Below are positions 1 through 8,234 of a stretch of 39,521 bases of DNA, in pieces. This DNA is from a virus. Taxonomy: Duplodnaviria > Caudoviricetes. A program made the translations under genes and the position numbers. Within the stretch, counting starts at the first letter, position 1. The number at the start of each line of letters is the position of its first letter. The stretch is taken from the IMG/VR virus record IMGVR_UViG_3300030376_000661, positions 1-39,521 of that record. The stretch is one strand, 5' to 3'. The notes beneath the pieces are model-generated. The model saw only the letters and a list, made by a program, of their open reading frames with translations. It was not told where the DNA came from and ran no database searches.

Positions 1-1
1 T

Positions 2-622
2 GGTCTACAAAGATTACCTGCAGGTACAGCAAATCAGGTACTTCAAACTGGTGGCTCTGGTGCTAACCCATCTTGGGGAACAGTATCATCTGATTGGGTT
101 AAACTTGCAAGAACGACTATTACATCATCAACTGCTTATGTAATTTTCGAACATGGCTCAAATGGAGTTGTTATCGACAGTACATACAACACATACAAAG
201 TAATTCTTCATAATGCTCAACCAGTAAATCAAGGAGAAAATGTATTACTTCGTATTGGAGTTGGTGGAACATTTAGAACTTCTGGATATTTATGTGAAAC
301 TAACAGAACTTATTATTCTGGCGGCACAGATAGAGGAAGTTCAACTTCAAGATTACTACAAGCTAGAGGTGGTGCTGAACATAGTACAAATGGAGAATTA
401 TTCATGGAAGCAACACTTAACAGAATGTCTGATGCAGCTTTTCAAACTTCTGGTGTAGCAGTAGTTATGGCTGTTGATGGAGATGCTAATAATAGTAATC
501 AAATTAATATTGGTACAAGTGGTGGAACTTATGATGTCGCTGAAGCTAATAACTCTATTAGACTTGAATGTGGAGCTGGAAACTTTTTAAAAGCAACTGC
601 AACACTTTATGGAATTAAATAG
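2..622 (+). CDS. Tail fibre / receptor-binding protein, C-terminal part (5' truncated by the window edge)
   Basis: Frame 2 is open from base 2 (GLQRLPAGTANQVLQTGGSGANPSWGTVSSDWVKLA...) into the tracked ORF 404-622 ending ATLYGIK. Gly/Ser/Thr-rich, fibre-like, next to another fibre gene. Confidence 0.75.
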   Translation, partial: GLQRLPAGTANQVLQTGGSGANPSWGTVSSDWVKLARTTITSSTAYVIFEHGSNGVVIDSTYNTYKVILHNAQPVNQGENVLLRIGVGGTFRTSGYLCETNRTYYSGGTDRGSSTSRLLQARGGAEHSTNGELFMEATLNRMSDAAFQTSGVAVVMAVDGDANNSNQINIGTSGGTYDVAEANNSIRLECGAGNFLKATATLYGIK

Positions 623-635
623 GAGATAATTAAAT

Positions 636-842
636 ATGAAAAAAAATGTAAATGGTATTGATGTTGAAATGACTGCTGAAGAAATTAGTGCAAGAGAAGC
701 TGAAGAAGCATTAAATGCAACTGAAAAACAAGCAGACATAGATGCACAAACTGAAAAAGATAATCTTAAAGCTAGTGCTAAAGCTAAACTTATAGCAGGT
801 GAAGCTCTTACAGAAGACGAAGCGAATACAATCGTTTTATAA
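636..842 (+). CDS. Small tail-fibre-associated protein (possible assembly chaperone)
   Basis: AGGAG Shine-Dalgarno (SD) upstream. 68-aa acidic helical protein between two fibre genes. Function inferred from position. Confidence 0.55.
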   Translation: MKKNVNGIDVEMTAEEISAREAEEALNATEKQADIDAQTEKDNLKASAKAKLIAGEALTEDEANTIVL

Positions 843-868
843 TAATTAAATAATAAAGGAAACAGTAG

Positions 869-2164
869 ATGGCGATAATTAAAGTAGCAAATAGAGCTAT
901 AGACCTAGATGCGGCAGAAATACCAAATTTAGATGCAGGTAAAATTACATCTGGTACGTTTGCAGACGCAAGAATAGCGGCATCTAATGTATCTCAACAC
1001 GCAACATCATTTGATGATAATAAAATTGTTAATGATATTTCTACTTTAGCTATTAGACAAGCATCTAACGAAAACAAAAGTGCTTACAATACTAACTCAA
1101 TGTATGTTGATGTATTCCAAGATGATACTGGAATAGGAACAGAAACTAATACTGACAGAGATGCTAATGAATTTGTTTCTTCAGTTATTGAAACAACACA
1201 AACAGCAACAGCCGATAGTGGTGGAACTTTAACTAGCTTAACTGCTTCAAACACAAATTTCTATGCTAACCAAGAAAGAAAAGATTATGGTACTGGAGAT
1301 GATTTAGGATATAGTGGAACGAGTTATAATTATAACCACCAATCATCTAGTGCTTTCTTAACTGGAAATTTTGTTGTTGGTTTTACTGGCGTAAATAATG
1401 ATTTTGGTTCTACAAGTTCTTCATCAGCTCAAATGTATGAATGGGGTGTTGCAGACAATTCAGCATCAATACTTGGTAATGGTGGTGACATATTTACTTA
1501 TAGTAAAACTGCAGGTAATGTTTATTTTATGGGATTTGGTGGAAACAATGCAACAACAACACCAGTACGAAAAAACAATACAAGTTTAACAAGTAATATT
1601 TCTGGTGGTTCAGCAGGTTCAAGTGTTCAAACAAGATTTGCTAGAATGAATGGCAGATTATACATTCAATATGATGGTGTAAATAAATACACTTTTTCAC
1701 AAAGTGATTTTAATGATACTTCTGCTTTATGGTTTATTTGTGGATTTGGTCAAACTACTGGTCAAAGACAATTTAATAATTGTTTTTATAGAAGTGGAAT
1801 GACTGCTATAAAAGGATTAGAAGAAACTGTTAATAGTGTTAATGCAACTGGAAACTTTATATCCAATGTAATTACAGCACCATCATCAACTAACAAGATG
1901 GGTGCTATTATTACTTACCAAGACAACGCAGGTACTAACGCATTAAACACAGATATAGTTTTACAATTATCAGCAGACAATGGTAGCAATTTCACTACTG
2001 CTACAATGACAGCTATGCCAGACTTTGCTTCTGGTATTAAGATGGCTAAAGTAAATGACTTATCTGTAACAGCAGGAACACAATTAAAATATAAAATATC
2101 TTTTGCTAATCAAGCTAGTGGAAGTAAAGAAGCTAGAATAAGAGGCGTTAGCTTACAATACTAA
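869..2164 (+). CDS. Tail fibre / virion structural protein
   Basis: 431 aa, Ser/Thr/Gly/Asn-rich. N-terminal LDAGKITSGTFADARI motif is typical of phage fibre shafts. AAGGA SD. Confidence 0.7.
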   Translation: MAIIKVANRAIDLDAAEIPNLDAGKITSGTFADARIAASNVSQHATSFDDNKIVNDISTLAIRQASNENKSAYNTNSMYVDVFQDDTGIGTETNTDRDANEFVSSVIETTQTATADSGGTLTSLTASNTNFYANQERKDYGTGDDLGYSGTSYNYNHQSSSAFLTGNFVVGFTGVNNDFGSTSSSSAQMYEWGVADNSASILGNGGDIFTYSKTAGNVYFMGFGGNNATTTPVRKNNTSLTSNISGGSAGSSVQTRFARMNGRLYIQYDGVNKYTFSQSDFNDTSALWFICGFGQTTGQRQFNNCFYRSGMTAIKGLEETVNSVNATGNFISNVITAPSSTNKMGAIITYQDNAGTNALNTDIVLQLSADNGSNFTTATMTAMPDFASGIKMAKVNDLSVTAGTQLKYKISFANQASGSKEARIRGVSLQY

Positions 2165-2403
2165 TGGCTAGAAAAAAGCTAACTCCAAAAGAATTTAGCG
2201 AAATTTCAGCAGGAATAAGATTATCAAGCCACGAAAAAATATGTGCAGAACGTATGAAGTTATTGCATGAAAGTATTACTGAATTAAAAAAAGAAGTTAA
2301 AAGTTTAAGACAAGATGTTTCTACTGGAAAAGGAATGGTTAAAGTTCTTGTTTTCTTAGGAACAATAATAGCAACAATAATTGGTGTTTTTCAATTTAAG
2401 TAA
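2164..2403 (+). CDS. Small coiled-coil protein with C-terminal transmembrane helix (lysis-module, holin-like candidate)
   Basis: TAATG-coupled to the previous gene. Coiled coil followed by hydrophobic VLVFLGTIIATIIGVF. Confidence 0.5.
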   Translation: MARKKLTPKEFSEISAGIRLSSHEKICAERMKLLHESITELKKEVKSLRQDVSTGKGMVKVLVFLGTIIATIIGVFQFK

Positions 2404-2404
2404 T

Positions 2405-2509
2405 ATGATTGATAGACTAATTTTAAGATTTTGTGGATTTCTTGACACAATTATAGCTAACATAGAAAATTTAGTTATACGAAAAGAGAAAAAGAAAAGG
2501 AAAAAATAA
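2405..2509 (+). CDS. Hypothetical 34-aa protein with basic tail
   Basis: Read manually: MIDRLILRFCGFLDTIIANIENLVIRKEKKKRKK*. Fills the gap exactly; its stop overlaps the next ATG (TAATG). Confidence 0.55.
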   Translation: MIDRLILRFCGFLDTIIANIENLVIRKEKKKRKK

Positions 2510-2718
2510 TGTTTAAGATAACTGCAATACTTTGTATACTTGCAGTCAATGGTCAAAACTTGTGTTTACAAGGGGATTTGCCTTTAACAATGGAACTAAC
2601 AAATGAAGAACAGTGTATAAATACTGTGTCTTCTATTGGTATGTCAGTCCATGAAGAATTTTTAAGAAGACAAATAATAATATCAATGGAATGTGAAAGA
2701 ATAGGAGAAAAAGTATGA
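2509..2718 (+). CDS. Hypothetical small secreted/membrane protein, Cys-containing
   Basis: Hydrophobic N-terminus, several Cys, translationally coupled on both sides. Confidence 0.55.
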   Translation: MFKITAILCILAVNGQNLCLQGDLPLTMELTNEEQCINTVSSIGMSVHEEFLRRQIIISMECERIGEKV

Positions 2719-2837
2719 TGATATTTGGAGATACGCCTACGTTTTGGAAGAACAAGGCTAAGATATATTTAATGAACACAGACAGAAGAGTATTAGCGGC
2801 ATTTATTGCTTGGTCTGTAATTTTATGGTGGTTATAA
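2715..2837 (+). CDS. Hypothetical 40-aa membrane protein
   Basis: Read manually: MMIFGDTPTFWKNKAKIYLMNTDRRVLAAFIAWSVILWWL*. AGGAG SD at ~2703; ATGA overlap with the upstream stop. Confidence 0.6.
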   Translation: MMIFGDTPTFWKNKAKIYLMNTDRRVLAAFIAWSVILWWL

Positions 2838-2840
2838 GAT

Positions 2841-3272
2841 ATGCCATTTGAAATGATAACAATGTTAGGCTCTACTGTATTAGGTGGAGTTATGAGTATT
2901 TGGTCACAAAGTATTAAAGCCAAACAAGCAGAACAAAAAATGCTTATTCAAAGAGCTGAAGTTCAACAACAAGGTTTCAAGGAAGCTAGAGAATATGACA
3001 ATAAAGGCTTTCAATGGACTAGAAGAATTATAGCTTTAATGGCTGTCTTTGCAATAGTATTATTACCAAAATTAATGCCATTAATATCACCTGATGTAAG
3101 TGTAATTGTAGGATATTTAGAATTTAAACCTGCATTTTTCTTTATACCAGAAAAAGAAGTGATGAAATGGATAACACTATCCTCTAATAGTTTAGTAATT
3201 ACACCGTTAGATACTAACTTAGTGTCAGCTATTATAGGTTTATACTTTGGTGGCTCATTAGTTAAGAAGTAA
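2841..3272 (+). CDS. Multi-pass membrane protein, holin candidate
   Basis: 143 aa with 2-3 hydrophobic segments and basic C-terminus (GLYFGGSLVKK), between fibres and terminase. Confidence 0.5.
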   Translation: MPFEMITMLGSTVLGGVMSIWSQSIKAKQAEQKMLIQRAEVQQQGFKEAREYDNKGFQWTRRIIALMAVFAIVLLPKLMPLISPDVSVIVGYLEFKPAFFFIPEKEVMKWITLSSNSLVITPLDTNLVSAIIGLYFGGSLVKK

Positions 3273-3317
3273 CGTGATAACACTAGCAGTATTAGGACTA
3301 TTAATAGGATTATTATA

Positions 3318-3680
3318 ATGAAAGTAAGCGAAAAAACAAACGTAACTATGCCAATTAAAAATATGATTGGTATTGTAGCGATAATAATTTCTGGTGTAAT
3401 AGGATACACAGAAGTAACTGCTAGACTAACCTCACTGGAAACATCAAGAGAACTATTCCAAGCTGATTTACTCAAAAAATCAGAACAATTACCCACAGAC
3501 CAAGAGCAATATATGTTGCTAGAAGATTTATACAAAACAGTGGAAAAAATTGAAAAAAGAATAGAAGATATGATGCACAATAAAGTTAATATACAATTTT
3601 TAACAAAACAAATGGAAAAAGCATTGGAAGATATAGAAATTTTAAAAGATAAAGTTAGAGCCAATGGAACGAGTCATTAG
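3318..3680 (+). CDS. Membrane-anchored coiled-coil protein (spanin-like candidate)
   Basis: N-terminal TM helix (IGIVAIIISGVIGY) then long coiled coil. TAGGA SD. Function inferred. Confidence 0.5.
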   Translation: MKVSEKTNVTMPIKNMIGIVAIIISGVIGYTEVTARLTSLETSRELFQADLLKKSEQLPTDQEQYMLLEDLYKTVEKIEKRIEDMMHNKVNIQFLTKQMEKALEDIEILKDKVRANGTSH

Positions 3681-3828
3681 AAAAGTTGTTGAACATTTGA
3701 AAAATACTGAAAAGAAAAATAAACAAATGCAATTAACTAAAGATTTAAAAAAAGAAGTAGAAACTGGTAAACATGGTACTCAAAAATATGTTATTAAAGA
3801 AGGAGAAAACAAAGGTAAGATTTTATGA
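3664..3828 (+). CDS. Hypothetical 54-aa basic protein
   Basis: Read manually: MERVIRKVVEHLKNTEKKNKQMQLTKDLKKEVETGKHGTQKYVIKEGENKGKIL*. Fills the gap; ATGA overlap with the next gene. Confidence 0.6.
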   Translation: MERVIRKVVEHLKNTEKKNKQMQLTKDLKKEVETGKHGTQKYVIKEGENKGKIL

Positions 3829-4037
3829 CAGAAATGGTAATAGCCCTACTTATGATTATCAACGGAGAGATTAAGGAACATAGAATACAAAACACTATGT
3901 CTGAATGTCTTAAAGGTAAACGTATAGCAATGCGTAGCAATAATTCAAAAAGTGTTGAATACCAGTGCATAAAGTCAATGGCAGAGACAGAAATTTACAT
4001 GGAACAAAAAAGTATTAAAAAATTAATATTGGAGTAA
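3825..4037 (+). CDS. Hypothetical protein
   Basis: 70-aa ORF coupled to the upstream ORF; two Cys. Confidence 0.6.
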   Translation: MTEMVIALLMIINGEIKEHRIQNTMSECLKGKRIAMRSNNSKSVEYQCIKSMAETEIYMEQKSIKKLILE

Positions 4038-4038
4038 T

Positions 4039-4197
4039 ATGGATAAAAGTCTTGAAGACTTAATACAACCGAGCAAAGACGACATTATAAATAAATTAAA
4101 AGAAGAAAAAAGAGAATTAGAAAAACAAAACGAGAAACTACAGAGAGAAGTAAAAGATAAACATGAGTCTCGGCTTATGGAATATCATACACCTTAA
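4039..4197 (+). CDS. Hypothetical 52-aa coiled-coil protein
   Basis: Read manually: MDKSLEDLIQPSKDDIINKLKEEKRELEKQNEKLQREVKDKHESRLMEYHTP*. GGAG SD. Confidence 0.6.
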   Translation: MDKSLEDLIQPSKDDIINKLKEEKRELEKQNEKLQREVKDKHESRLMEYHTP

Positions 4198-4199
4198 TT

Positions 4200-4322
4200 A
4201 TGGCTAGAGTAAATTTTAAACTTATAGAAGTAAGAGAGAAACCTAAGAAGAGAAAAGGAAGACATGCAAAAAGACCAAACAAAAGAAGTACCTTCAAAAA
4301 GTACAACGGACAAGGTCGTTAG
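4200..4322 (+). CDS. Small highly basic 40-aa protein (KKYNGQGR C-terminus)
   Basis: Read manually: MARVNFKLIEVREKPKKRKGRHAKRPNKRSTFKKYNGQGR*. Starts 2 nt after the previous stop and overlaps the next ORF. Confidence 0.6.
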   Translation: MARVNFKLIEVREKPKKRKGRHAKRPNKRSTFKKYNGQGR

Positions 4323-4515
4323 TATTGATGATATTGTTAAAGAACTACCAGAATTATTAGTAAAACACGCATATACAAAATTAAAATCAGGAGAAGAGCT
4401 AACCGCTTCAGAAATGAAGGTATGTTTAGAAGTCTGTAAAACTTATAGTACAGATAATCTTAATAAAAAACCTGATAACATTTTAGATAGTGTACCATTT
4501 GATACAGATGGATAA
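4264..4515 (+). CDS. Terminase small subunit (T7 gp18-like)
   Basis: 83 aa directly upstream of TerL. KLKSGEELTASEMKV...LDSVPF pattern resembles T7-like small terminases. AAGGA SD. Confidence 0.65.
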   Translation: MQKDQTKEVPSKSTTDKVVSIDDIVKELPELLVKHAYTKLKSGEELTASEMKVCLEVCKTYSTDNLNKKPDNILDSVPFDTDG

Positions 4516-6139
4516 ACGAATTAAGAATTTTAAAAATTTTTTGTATTTGTGTTGGAAACACTTAAACTTACCAGAACCAACACCTATACAGTACGATATT
4601 GCAGATTATTTGCAATCATCTAACAAAAGAATAGTAATAGAAGCCTTTAGAGGTGTAGGTAAATCATGGATTACTTCAGCATTTGTCTGTCACCAACTTC
4701 TATTAAACCCACAACGTAACATATTAGTTGTATCTGCATCTAAAAGTAGGGCTGATGATTTCAGTACATTTACACAAAGATTAATAGGTGAGATGCCTAT
4801 ACTGTCTCATTTAATACCAAGAGACAACCAAAGACATTCAAAAATTAGTTTTGATGTAGCACCTGCGTTAGCATCACATGCACCAAGTGTTAAATCAATG
4901 GGTATTACAGGACAACTTACAGGTTCACGTGCAGATTTAATTATTGCTGATGACGTAGAGTCAGCTAATAACTCACAAACACAACTTATGCGTGATAGAC
5001 TTGGTGAGACTGTAAAAGAGTTTGATGCAATCATAAAACCTGAAGTAGGACGTATTATATTCTTAGGAACACCTCAAACAGAGATGTCATTATACAATGA
5101 CCTAGAAGAAAGAGGTTTTAAGACTAAAATATGGACTGCATTAGTACCTACTAAGACTCAAAGAATAGGATATGGTAGCAAACTTGCAGATATAATTGAT
5201 GGGGACGAAGGTAAACCCACAGACCCTAAAAGATTTGATGAAGTAGACTTATTGGAAAGACTATCAAGTTATGGTAAAAGTGGATTCAACCTACAGTTTA
5301 TGTTAGATACTACAATGTCTGACGCAAACAGATACCCTTTAAAGTTGAATGACTTAATTGTAGCTTCAGGTTCATCTACATGGAAAGATGCTCCTGCTAA
5401 AATACAATGGGCTAGTTCTCCTGAACAAATTAAAGCAGTAGACCCTGAGTTGCCTAATGTAGGCTTAAAAGGTGACTATTATGTAGCACCATTGTTTATG
5501 TCTAAAGAATACACGAAATTTGAGGGTACTATTATGTCAATTGACCCTAGTGGTCGTGGAGAAGACAAAACAGCGTATGCGGTGCTTAAAATGCTTCATG
5601 GAGTGCTTTATTTGACTGCCGTAGGTTCATTAGATGGTGGATACTCAGAGGATACTCTGTATAGATTGTCTAATATAGCTAAGAAGAATGATGTAAACTA
5701 TGTAGTCATAGAGTCTAACTTTGGTGATGGTATGGCAACACAATTACTTAAACCTATCATGGCTAAGATACACCCATGTGAAGTAGAGGAAGTAAGACAC
5801 AATATTCAAAAAGAGAAACGTATCATTGATACTTTAGAGCCAATTATGAATAGTCATAGGCTCGTAGTAGATGATTTATTAATTAAGGAAGATTTTAAAT
5901 TAGAACCTGACCACCAGTTGTTTAGACAAATGACTAGATTAACAAGGGACAAAGGAGCTCTAAGACATGATGACCAAATTGATGCAGTGGCTATTGCCGC
6001 TAATGCTTGGGTTGAGCGTATGGACAGAGACCAGTTACTCTCATATAACCAACACAAATCAGAGTTATTGGACAGAGACTTGGAGAAATTTATGGAAAAC
6101 ACAGTCGGAAGACGTATACAAAAGGATAGATTTATATAA
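4508..6139 (+). CDS. Terminase large subunit (T7 gp19-like)
   Basis: Walker A AFRGVGKS, Walker B LIIADDVE, GTPQ, nuclease SIDPSGRG and HDDQIDA. Start probably ATG 4508. Confidence 0.97.
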   Translation: MDKRIKNFKNFLYLCWKHLNLPEPTPIQYDIADYLQSSNKRIVIEAFRGVGKSWITSAFVCHQLLLNPQRNILVVSASKSRADDFSTFTQRLIGEMPILSHLIPRDNQRHSKISFDVAPALASHAPSVKSMGITGQLTGSRADLIIADDVESANNSQTQLMRDRLGETVKEFDAIIKPEVGRIIFLGTPQTEMSLYNDLEERGFKTKIWTALVPTKTQRIGYGSKLADIIDGDEGKPTDPKRFDEVDLLERLSSYGKSGFNLQFMLDTTMSDANRYPLKLNDLIVASGSSTWKDAPAKIQWASSPEQIKAVDPELPNVGLKGDYYVAPLFMSKEYTKFEGTIMSIDPSGRGEDKTAYAVLKMLHGVLYLTAVGSLDGGYSEDTLYRLSNIAKKNDVNYVVIESNFGDGMATQLLKPIMAKIHPCEVEEVRHNIQKEKRIIDTLEPIMNSHRLVVDDLLIKEDFKLEPDHQLFRQMTRLTRDKGALRHDDQIDAVAIAANAWVERMDRDQLLSYNQHKSELLDRDLEKFMENTVGRRIQKDRFI

Positions 6140-6140
6140 C

Positions 6141-6746
6141 ATGAGTGAGAATAAAGAATTTAACATTGATTGGAACTTCATTGCAAAAAAAGAAGGCGGT
6201 CAATGGACTAATGGCTATGTACCTAGTGAAAACTCAGGTGTGACTATAGCTACTGGTTTTGATTTAAAAATGAAAACTGCTGATGATTTAAAAGCAATGG
6301 GAATACCAGAACCTTTAATTAATAAACTTATTATATTCACAGGAATCTCAGGTTCAGAAGCAAAAGAAAAAGCTAAAGATTTACAAATAACTTCTGAAGA
6401 AGCCAATCTTATAGATAAAAATTCTAAAAGATGGTATGCAAATAAGATAGCTGAAAAGTATTTTGAAGTGTCTAATGGCAAGAATTTTAAAGATTTGACT
6501 ATGGCACAACAGACTGTAATAACTTCTGTAGGCTTCAATCATGGGGTTAGTTTTACACGTAAAGATGGTAAGCAAATGGACTTTATAAAACAGGCGGCAG
6601 AGGGTGATTGGACAGCTATGATTGCCAATTTAAGAAACTTTGGTGATAATCCTATACTTAAACCTAGAAGATTAGACGAAGCTAACTATTTAGAAGACTC
6701 GTTAAAAAAGAAACCAATAGCTCCTGCTTTTGATGTGTCTCCCTAA
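6141..6746 (+). CDS. Pesticin-C/T4-lysozyme-like muramidase (endolysin or virion hydrolase)
   Basis: FIAKKEGG...GYVP...NSGVTIATGFDL...QQTVITSVGFNHG...RRLDEANYL matches the pesticin lysozyme-like domain. ATG 6141 lies just after the TerL stop. Confidence 0.8.
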   Translation: MSENKEFNIDWNFIAKKEGGQWTNGYVPSENSGVTIATGFDLKMKTADDLKAMGIPEPLINKLIIFTGISGSEAKEKAKDLQITSEEANLIDKNSKRWYANKIAEKYFEVSNGKNFKDLTMAQQTVITSVGFNHGVSFTRKDGKQMDFIKQAAEGDWTAMIANLRNFGDNPILKPRRLDEANYLEDSLKKKPIAPAFDVSP

Positions 6747-6749
6747 TAT

Positions 6750-6960
6750 TTAATAAAAAAATATGAAGGGGTATATCGCAGTAGCGTCGGCGGAATTTCC
6801 CCTATGGGTTGCAAATTACATGCCCTGTGGGAAACAAAAAGCCTTTTTTCTGGGAAAAATAACGGACATTATATCCGTTTAATTCTTTTTTTGGTGGGCT
6901 CGTGGTTCTTTTTTGTTTTGGCTTGTCTTTGTGCTTGTCTGTTTTTTTCAATTCAATAAG
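6750..6960. other. Probable genome-end / terminal-repeat junction region
   Basis: Non-coding, after the last late gene and before the early region. GAAGGGG...TTTCCCC inverted segment, AACGGA-N7-TCCGTT palindrome (6861-6879), T-tracts. Position matches T7-like genome termini. Confidence 0.45.
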
Positions 6961-6965
6961 TTATA

Positions 6966-6985
6966 GAGTAAAGTTCCCATATTAG
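6966..6985 (+). promoter_or_regulatory. Phage RNA polymerase promoter copy 1 (left end, origin-like)
   Basis: GAGTAAAGTTCCCATATTAG; same core as 10959, 13467, 23945, 38434. Confidence 0.7.
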
Positions 6986-7299
6986 TGAAGAGCCAGAGTT
7001 TACACTATAGTTATAGTACTCACTCACTCATTACTAATAACATTAACCAACTAACAAGATAAGAAGATAAGAAGTGAAATATATTAAGTTGTTTACTTGG
7101 GCGGCTCTGTGCTGTCTATGGTTTACTCTAATTACATTAACAACAATTAATTATTTATGATTAAATTTTAATTCATAATATTAAGTAAGTACAACAATTC
7201 CAATTAAGGCAGTTCTGCCACAATCTCAATAACTCACAATCCACAATTTACACGCTATAAGCTATGCAATTCACACATATCTGTTATGCAATAATAACA

Positions 7300-7328
7300 T
7301 TACTAAATATATCCGTTTCTGCTATTGT
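7300..7328 (+). promoter_or_regulatory. Possible host sigma70 early promoter (extended -10 TG-n-TATTGT)
   Basis: TTACTA-N17-TATTGT with TG extension, just upstream of the structured RNA and early ORFs. Weak -35 match. Confidence 0.3.
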
Positions 7329-7354
7329 GTTTTTATGTTCAATTTTTTAATTTC

Positions 7355-7539
7355 TTACCAAGTGCTAACAGCAGTGACAGAAGGCTTGAGCTTAAGTTTT
7401 AAAAAGTTTCTGACACCCTCGGAAGCATAGAGGTCACAGCCTTGGGAAACCTTGGCAACAAAGAGTCGGACACCGCAACAGTGAGCCAACAGGTGAGCGA
7501 GTCGGTCTAGTGCTTCAGCGTCATTGCTTGAGCCAGTAA
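7355..7539 (+). ncRNA. Putative multi-stem structured ncRNA, family unassigned
   Basis: GC-rich island without a credible ORF. Closing helix AGCAGTGAC(7370-78)/GTCATTGCT(7520-28), GAAGCA(7422-27)/TGCTTC(7511-16), and a GCCttGG-GAAA-CCttGGC hairpin (7439-56). Confidence 0.55.
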
Positions 7540-7550
7540 CAATCAAACTA

Positions 7551-7608
7551 TGTTTGTCTCATATTATTAAATATGACTGAAGAGCTATCAGTAATAGCGA
7601 AACAAACA
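7551..7608 (+). ncRNA. Hammerhead ribozyme, type III (HHR1)
   Basis: Stem III TGTTTGT/ACAAACA, cleavage triplet GUC (C7558), stem I TCATATT/AATATGA, core CTGAAGA (7577-83), stem II GCTAT/ATAGC, GAAA (7599-7602). Confidence 0.9.
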
Positions 7609-7623
7609 GGAGTCTTTTATATA

Positions 7624-7788
7624 ATGAAGATATCTAAAAAAGTCTCTAAAATGCAGAACGCTGAAAGTCTGGCAAAGTTTAAAGACAGCCAAGCCAAGGC
7701 AGAACATTTTAGACTTTATAATAAAGAGACTGACAAAGCCAAAAAGATTAAAATGTTGGCTGAAGCAGTTAAAGAGGGTTGGCTGTAA
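7624..7788 (+). CDS. Early hypothetical protein, 54 aa, basic
   Basis: AGGAG SD at 7608-12 favours ATG 7624 (MKISKKVSK...) over 7573, which lies inside the ribozyme. Confidence 0.65.
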   Translation: MKISKKVSKMQNAESLAKFKDSQAKAEHFRLYNKETDKAKKIKMLAEAVKEGWL

Positions 7789-7826
7789 CATTTATAATTT
7801 GTTACGGTTGCCAAACATTAGAGCAC

Positions 7827-7985
7827 ATGTTCAACGAGATACAAATTAATAAAATTGGTTTTGTATCTGGTGGGCGTGAGCTGTTAGACTCGCAAGAGTC
7901 TATTTTTGTTGAGTCTTTAGAAGATGAGCTCACACTAGAGCAGAAACTAGAGCTTCACAAAAAGAAATATTTTGCGAGATATTAA
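7827..7985 (+). CDS. Early hypothetical protein
   Basis: In-frame ATG 7827 of tracked ORF 7779-7985; weak SD. Confidence 0.45.
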   Translation: MFNEIQINKIGFVSGGRELLDSQESIFVESLEDELTLEQKLELHKKKYFARY

Positions 7986-7998
7986 ACTTAACATGTAT

Positions 7999-8021
7999 AG
8001 GCGGTTGATTTTTAGCCGCCT
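7999..8021 (+). terminator. GC-rich hairpin (terminator or processing/stability element)
   Basis: AGGCGGTTGA-TTT-TTAGCCGCCT 10-bp stem in an intergenic gap; poor U-tract. Confidence 0.45.
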
Positions 8022-8067
8022 TGCATTTAAACTAAAATAAACAAACTAACAAATAGGAGTCTATAAC

Positions 8068-8148
8068 ATGTCAATTAAATTAGCTTTTTTCAATATAGCT
8101 GTTTTATTATATGGTTATATAATGCTATCAATATTAGGAGTTTTATAA
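8068..8148 (+). CDS. 26-aa hydrophobic peptide
   Basis: MSIKLAFFNIAVLLYGYIMLSILGVL*; strong TAGGAG SD. Confidence 0.6.
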   Translation: MSIKLAFFNIAVLLYGYIMLSILGVL

Positions 8149-8149
8149 T

Positions 8150-8233
8150 ATGATTGGTATATTTTTAACAATTGGAATACTTATTATAGGAATTATTGCT
8201 ATAATGGGTATGAAGTCAACAGGAGCTTTATAA
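8150..8233 (+). CDS. 27-aa hydrophobic peptide
   Basis: MIGIFLTIGILIIGIIAIMGMKSTGAL*; TAGGAG SD inside the previous ORF end. Confidence 0.6.
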   Translation: MIGIFLTIGILIIGIIAIMGMKSTGAL

Positions 8234-8234
8234 T

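Noticed and set aside
240-458. Tracked ORFs 240-458 and 1398-1589
   Set aside because: Alternate-frame shadows inside tail-fibre genes.
5967-6140. N-terminal extension of the muramidase ORF
   Set aside because: Overlaps the TerL C-terminus; ATG 6141 right after the TerL stop is the more plausible start.
6784-6820. tRNA-Cys-like fragments (GGCGGAAT...TTGCAAAT) as possible attP core or tRNA
   Set aside because: No cloverleaf, T-loop or acceptor stem; better explained as genome-end sequence. attP could not be located without the host genome.
7255-7295. LysR-type T-N11-A box (ATGCAATTCACACAT) near the early promoter
   Set aside because: The motif is too degenerate to support in AT-rich DNA without conservation data.
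7908-7952. Hammerhead-like string AAGATGA-GCTC-acacta-GAGC-AGAAAC
   Set aside because: Core is AAGATGA rather than CTGATGA, there is an extra A before GAAA, stems I and III do not form, and it lies in a coding frame. At most a decayed remnant.
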